From: the human T2T-CHM13v2.0 reference genome, Homo sapiens
DNA: 64,000 bases
Direction: 5' to 3' (one strand)
Assembly: GCF_009914755.1 (NCBI RefSeq)
Contig: NC_060929.1
Below are positions 60,746 through 64,000 of this stretch, piece after piece (the first letter of the stretch is position 1; the number at the start of each line of letters is the position of its first letter). The notes below the pieces were generated by a model that was not told the origin of the DNA, searched no databases, and saw nothing but the letters and a program-made list of their open reading frames with translations. Made by a program: the position numbers and the translations under genes.

Positions 60746-63460
60746 TAAGAGTTTTTAAATCATAAAGACCACATACGCTATCTTTCAGATTGTCTGGCTG
60801 GTACAGGTGCTTAATAAATGTTTGTTGAGTTAATAAACTTATGCATAAGATTCCAGATAATTTAACCTCACTATGAAATTGCATTTAACACATATATAGT
60901 CTGAAACAAAATTATTCAAAAAAAAATAATTCATTAGTTTTATTTTCATGTATAAGCATACTTTCTTACAAAAAATCTGTCTCCATTCTTTACCTTTTGC
61001 ACACACATCTATTCACACACAGACACACACAAACACACACACTTCTGTACTTAATAAGTAGGCTTGACTTTGTCTTTTCCCTTTTATTTCAATGATTTTA
61101 TCAAATTGTTGAAGACTCTATTTCATATTTTCTCTTAGAATTATTCCTTCAATTTTATATAAAGAGGGCAAATGAGAACAAAGCCAAAATTAAATCTAGT
61201 TTTGCTTTGATTGTAGTTCTTTTTCAAGAGTTTAGTGTGCATTATGCTGATGAGGCTTGGTAAACCCAATTCCAATTTAAGCAAACACAATTGTTGAATG
61301 AATACTTTGGCATAAAGTTGCTCCTTTGTAGGCCAAATATCTAGCATGTAATTTTATCTCACTATTGTATTACAATAGAAGTATCATAGCTCTGGAAATA
61401 AGCTTAAATCTTTGTGTCTATAAGGAGTCCTCTTCAGGGAAAAAAAAATATATTTCAAAAGTTGGTACTTATTTAATCTCAAAGGGATAAGCAGTTGATA
61501 TATTACTGAAAAGTATAAAAGGTATCTGACCATAAATTACCAAATTGTTTCCATAAAAACGTATTGTATTTTTGCATATATTTGTATTTACAAAACAAAT
61601 AGTTAAATAACATTTATATAATCTAAAATGAGCAGGTATTCTATGTAGACCTATATAGGTTGAGATTTTAAAATGTTTAATAGTAATGTTTATTAAAATA
61701 TTTAACAATAATTAAAGGCTATTTTTATTTTTAAAGTGGTAATTACAACTTATTTTCTTTTTTTAACCATAGTATTTTAATTTTTAACTGGAGTTTTACT
61801 TTATGATCTCAAGGTAGTCCAGAGTGGGAAATAGTTCTGAAACAATGCTAATTTGTTTTATTCGCTCTTTTGTCAATAGCAAAACTGAAAGCTTATTTCT
61901 CCCAAAGTGGTTAATAAGATAGCCTTCCTTACTCACACTTTGTTATTTCCTGTTTATTGGCCAAAAACAGATTGCTTTTACCACAGAGAATTATCTACAA
62001 TGATTCCAAAGAGAAATATTGGATTGGCAGTCTGGGGAAATGTGTGCTTTTCTGCTATTTTTTTTTTTCTTTTCAGTTCGTGTGTGTGTGTTTGCTTCAT
62101 ATAGCTCAGAGTATGCTATCCAGGTCACAGACTTTTCATGTGTGAATTGAAATGGGATGAGCTTGAGGAAACACACTAATAAGAAAGCTCATTTTTATTT
62201 TATTATTTTAAAAATGCCTTCCTGAGAGAAGATTGGATAGTGCAGAGATTAGGTGAGTAGTCTTTTAATTCCTGAGATCTGTACCTCTGACCCAGCTCAC
62301 AGAGATAATAAATTTTTTAAAACCGTTTTTGCTCCTGATAAAATTACTGAATTAAGTTTGAAAATAAAGAACCCACAGAGCTCGCTTCTAGTCTAATTGA
62401 CAATTGCTGTTTCCCGAACCACTGACTTTGTGCCTATCTTACCCTACCACAGAAAGTGTTCTTTTTGGCTCCCCCAGTAGGTTATACTGTGAAGTCTTTC
62501 CATTGCAGTTTGAATTCCCTCATCTTCCAAAATACATCTGATTTCTCTTATTTTCTTTTTCACCAAAATGTATATTCAGGTCTTCAATGATCTGGCCAAG
62601 TATTGGTTTCCATTTCTACCTTCCTACTCATTTTACTCAGTTTTGCTATCATCATCTGGATTAGGTATACAAGTTCCATAGCTCCCGATTTCACCAAAGA
62701 TGTGGTTCAATATTTTCATTAAGCAAAATTTGGATGTTTTATATTCAGTTATGAGCTGTTCGAGAGCAATATGTATTTCAGCCCTCTTTGCCTTCACTCG
62801 TATTTAGGAGAATTTTAAGAACCTAGTTAGTAAATGCTGAATAAATATTTGTTGAAAAAATAAAGATATGAATTAATGCTCTATAAGTAATAACTTGGAG
62901 ATAGTTGGTTGGGGGGGGTTGGAGATGTGATTATCTTTCATTAATTTGATTTAAAAGAGAATTATTTAGTCCAGTAGGTAGAGTATGGAGGGTAAGTCAA
63001 TACCCAAAATATCTATGTAGATTTGATTATTTATTTACTCCCAACAGTGTTAACAAAGGATTTGAGGAGTCTTAGATGACGAGATAGATGAGCTTGCTAG
63101 GAGAAACTTGCAAATAGATACAGCATTCAGGCTCAGGCTCAGACGCAGTAACAAAGAGATGTTTGGATAATACTACAACATTCCAAGTACTAAAAGGTAA
63201 ATACTTGCTTGAAGAGATAATTAAAGAGACTGAAAAACATCTAATGAAGAGAGAAAACTAATAATATTTGAAGACATGAAACTTAAAATGTGTCAGTAAC
63301 AAAATGATCAATATTGGTTGAAGGAAATAATAAATTTATCTCTAGCCTTTGTGTTAAATTCTTGAGCTATCTATATCATTTTAGATGTATAAGTAAGATA
63401 TAAATAATTTTGAGTGCTCTTTACATAATCTCTTGTTTGCAAAAATTAACATTATCTGTC

Positions 63461-63760
63461 TATTTATTTATTTATTTTAGAGACAGGGTCTCATTCTGTC
63501 ACCGAGGCTGAAGTACAGTGGTGTAATCACAGCTTACTGCAGCCTTGGAGTCCTGGGCTCAAGTGATCCTCCACCTCAGCCTCCTGAGTAGCTGGGACTA
63601 CAGGTCCATGCCACCATGCTCAGCTAATTTAATATTTTTTTTTAGAGACAGAGAATTGCTGTGGTGCCCAGGCTGCTCTGGAACTCTTGGCCTCAAGCAA
63701 TCCTCCTGCCTCAGCTTCCCAAAGTTTAGGGATTACAGGTGTGAGCCACCTCGCTTGGCC
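63461..63760 (-). mobile_element. AluJ
   Basis: AluJ diagnostics (CAGGGTCTCA, GCTTACTGCAGCCT, CCTGGGCTCAAGTGATCCTCC). Confidence 0.93.
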
Positions 63761-64000
63761 TGCAGATTTAACATTTTGAGTGCCATGGATCTAGATATTC
63801 CTGTAATCTATATTTGAAATAAGTTCATTGCTTTCAGATGGAGTTATGACCTTTTAAAGCAACATTCTGTGTTGAGTGCAATTTACCTAGTATTATCTGA
63901 TCTCAGCATAAAAGTCTTTACTGCAGTAAACTGACATGGGCCACCCAGTCCAGATATCTACCACAAGCTTAAAAGTATTTTCCCTTTTTTAAATAGAGAT

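Overview
AT-rich, repeat-dense primate genomic DNA; an L1PA4-type LINE and an AluY point to an ape, probably human. It is intronic or intergenic. I recognise no intact cellular protein-coding gene and no prokaryotic-type system such as CRISPR or operons. Most of the longer ORFs are retroelement remnants or chance ORFs. The window holds a dead full-length L1PA4-like LINE (36324-42507) with target-site duplications (TSDs), 5'-truncated L1PB1 and L1PA7 copies, an internally deleted L1MD with both ends and TSDs, older L1M, L2 and MIR fragments, six dimeric Alus plus FLAM and FAM monomers, seven MaLR LTR elements, MER44A and MER45R DNA transposons, microsatellites and a tailless 5S rRNA retrocopy. 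The most notable observations are mechanistic: an Alu inserted into the TSD of a much older L1MD, a 5S retrocopy whose target site mimics the 5S sequence at the truncation point, a perfect 34-bp hairpin copied out of an ancient transposon, two perfect tandem duplications, and a + strand bias of LTRs and large L1s. I found no convincing new biological system. Subfamily calls come from remembered consensus features and need RepeatMasker/Dfam confirmation.
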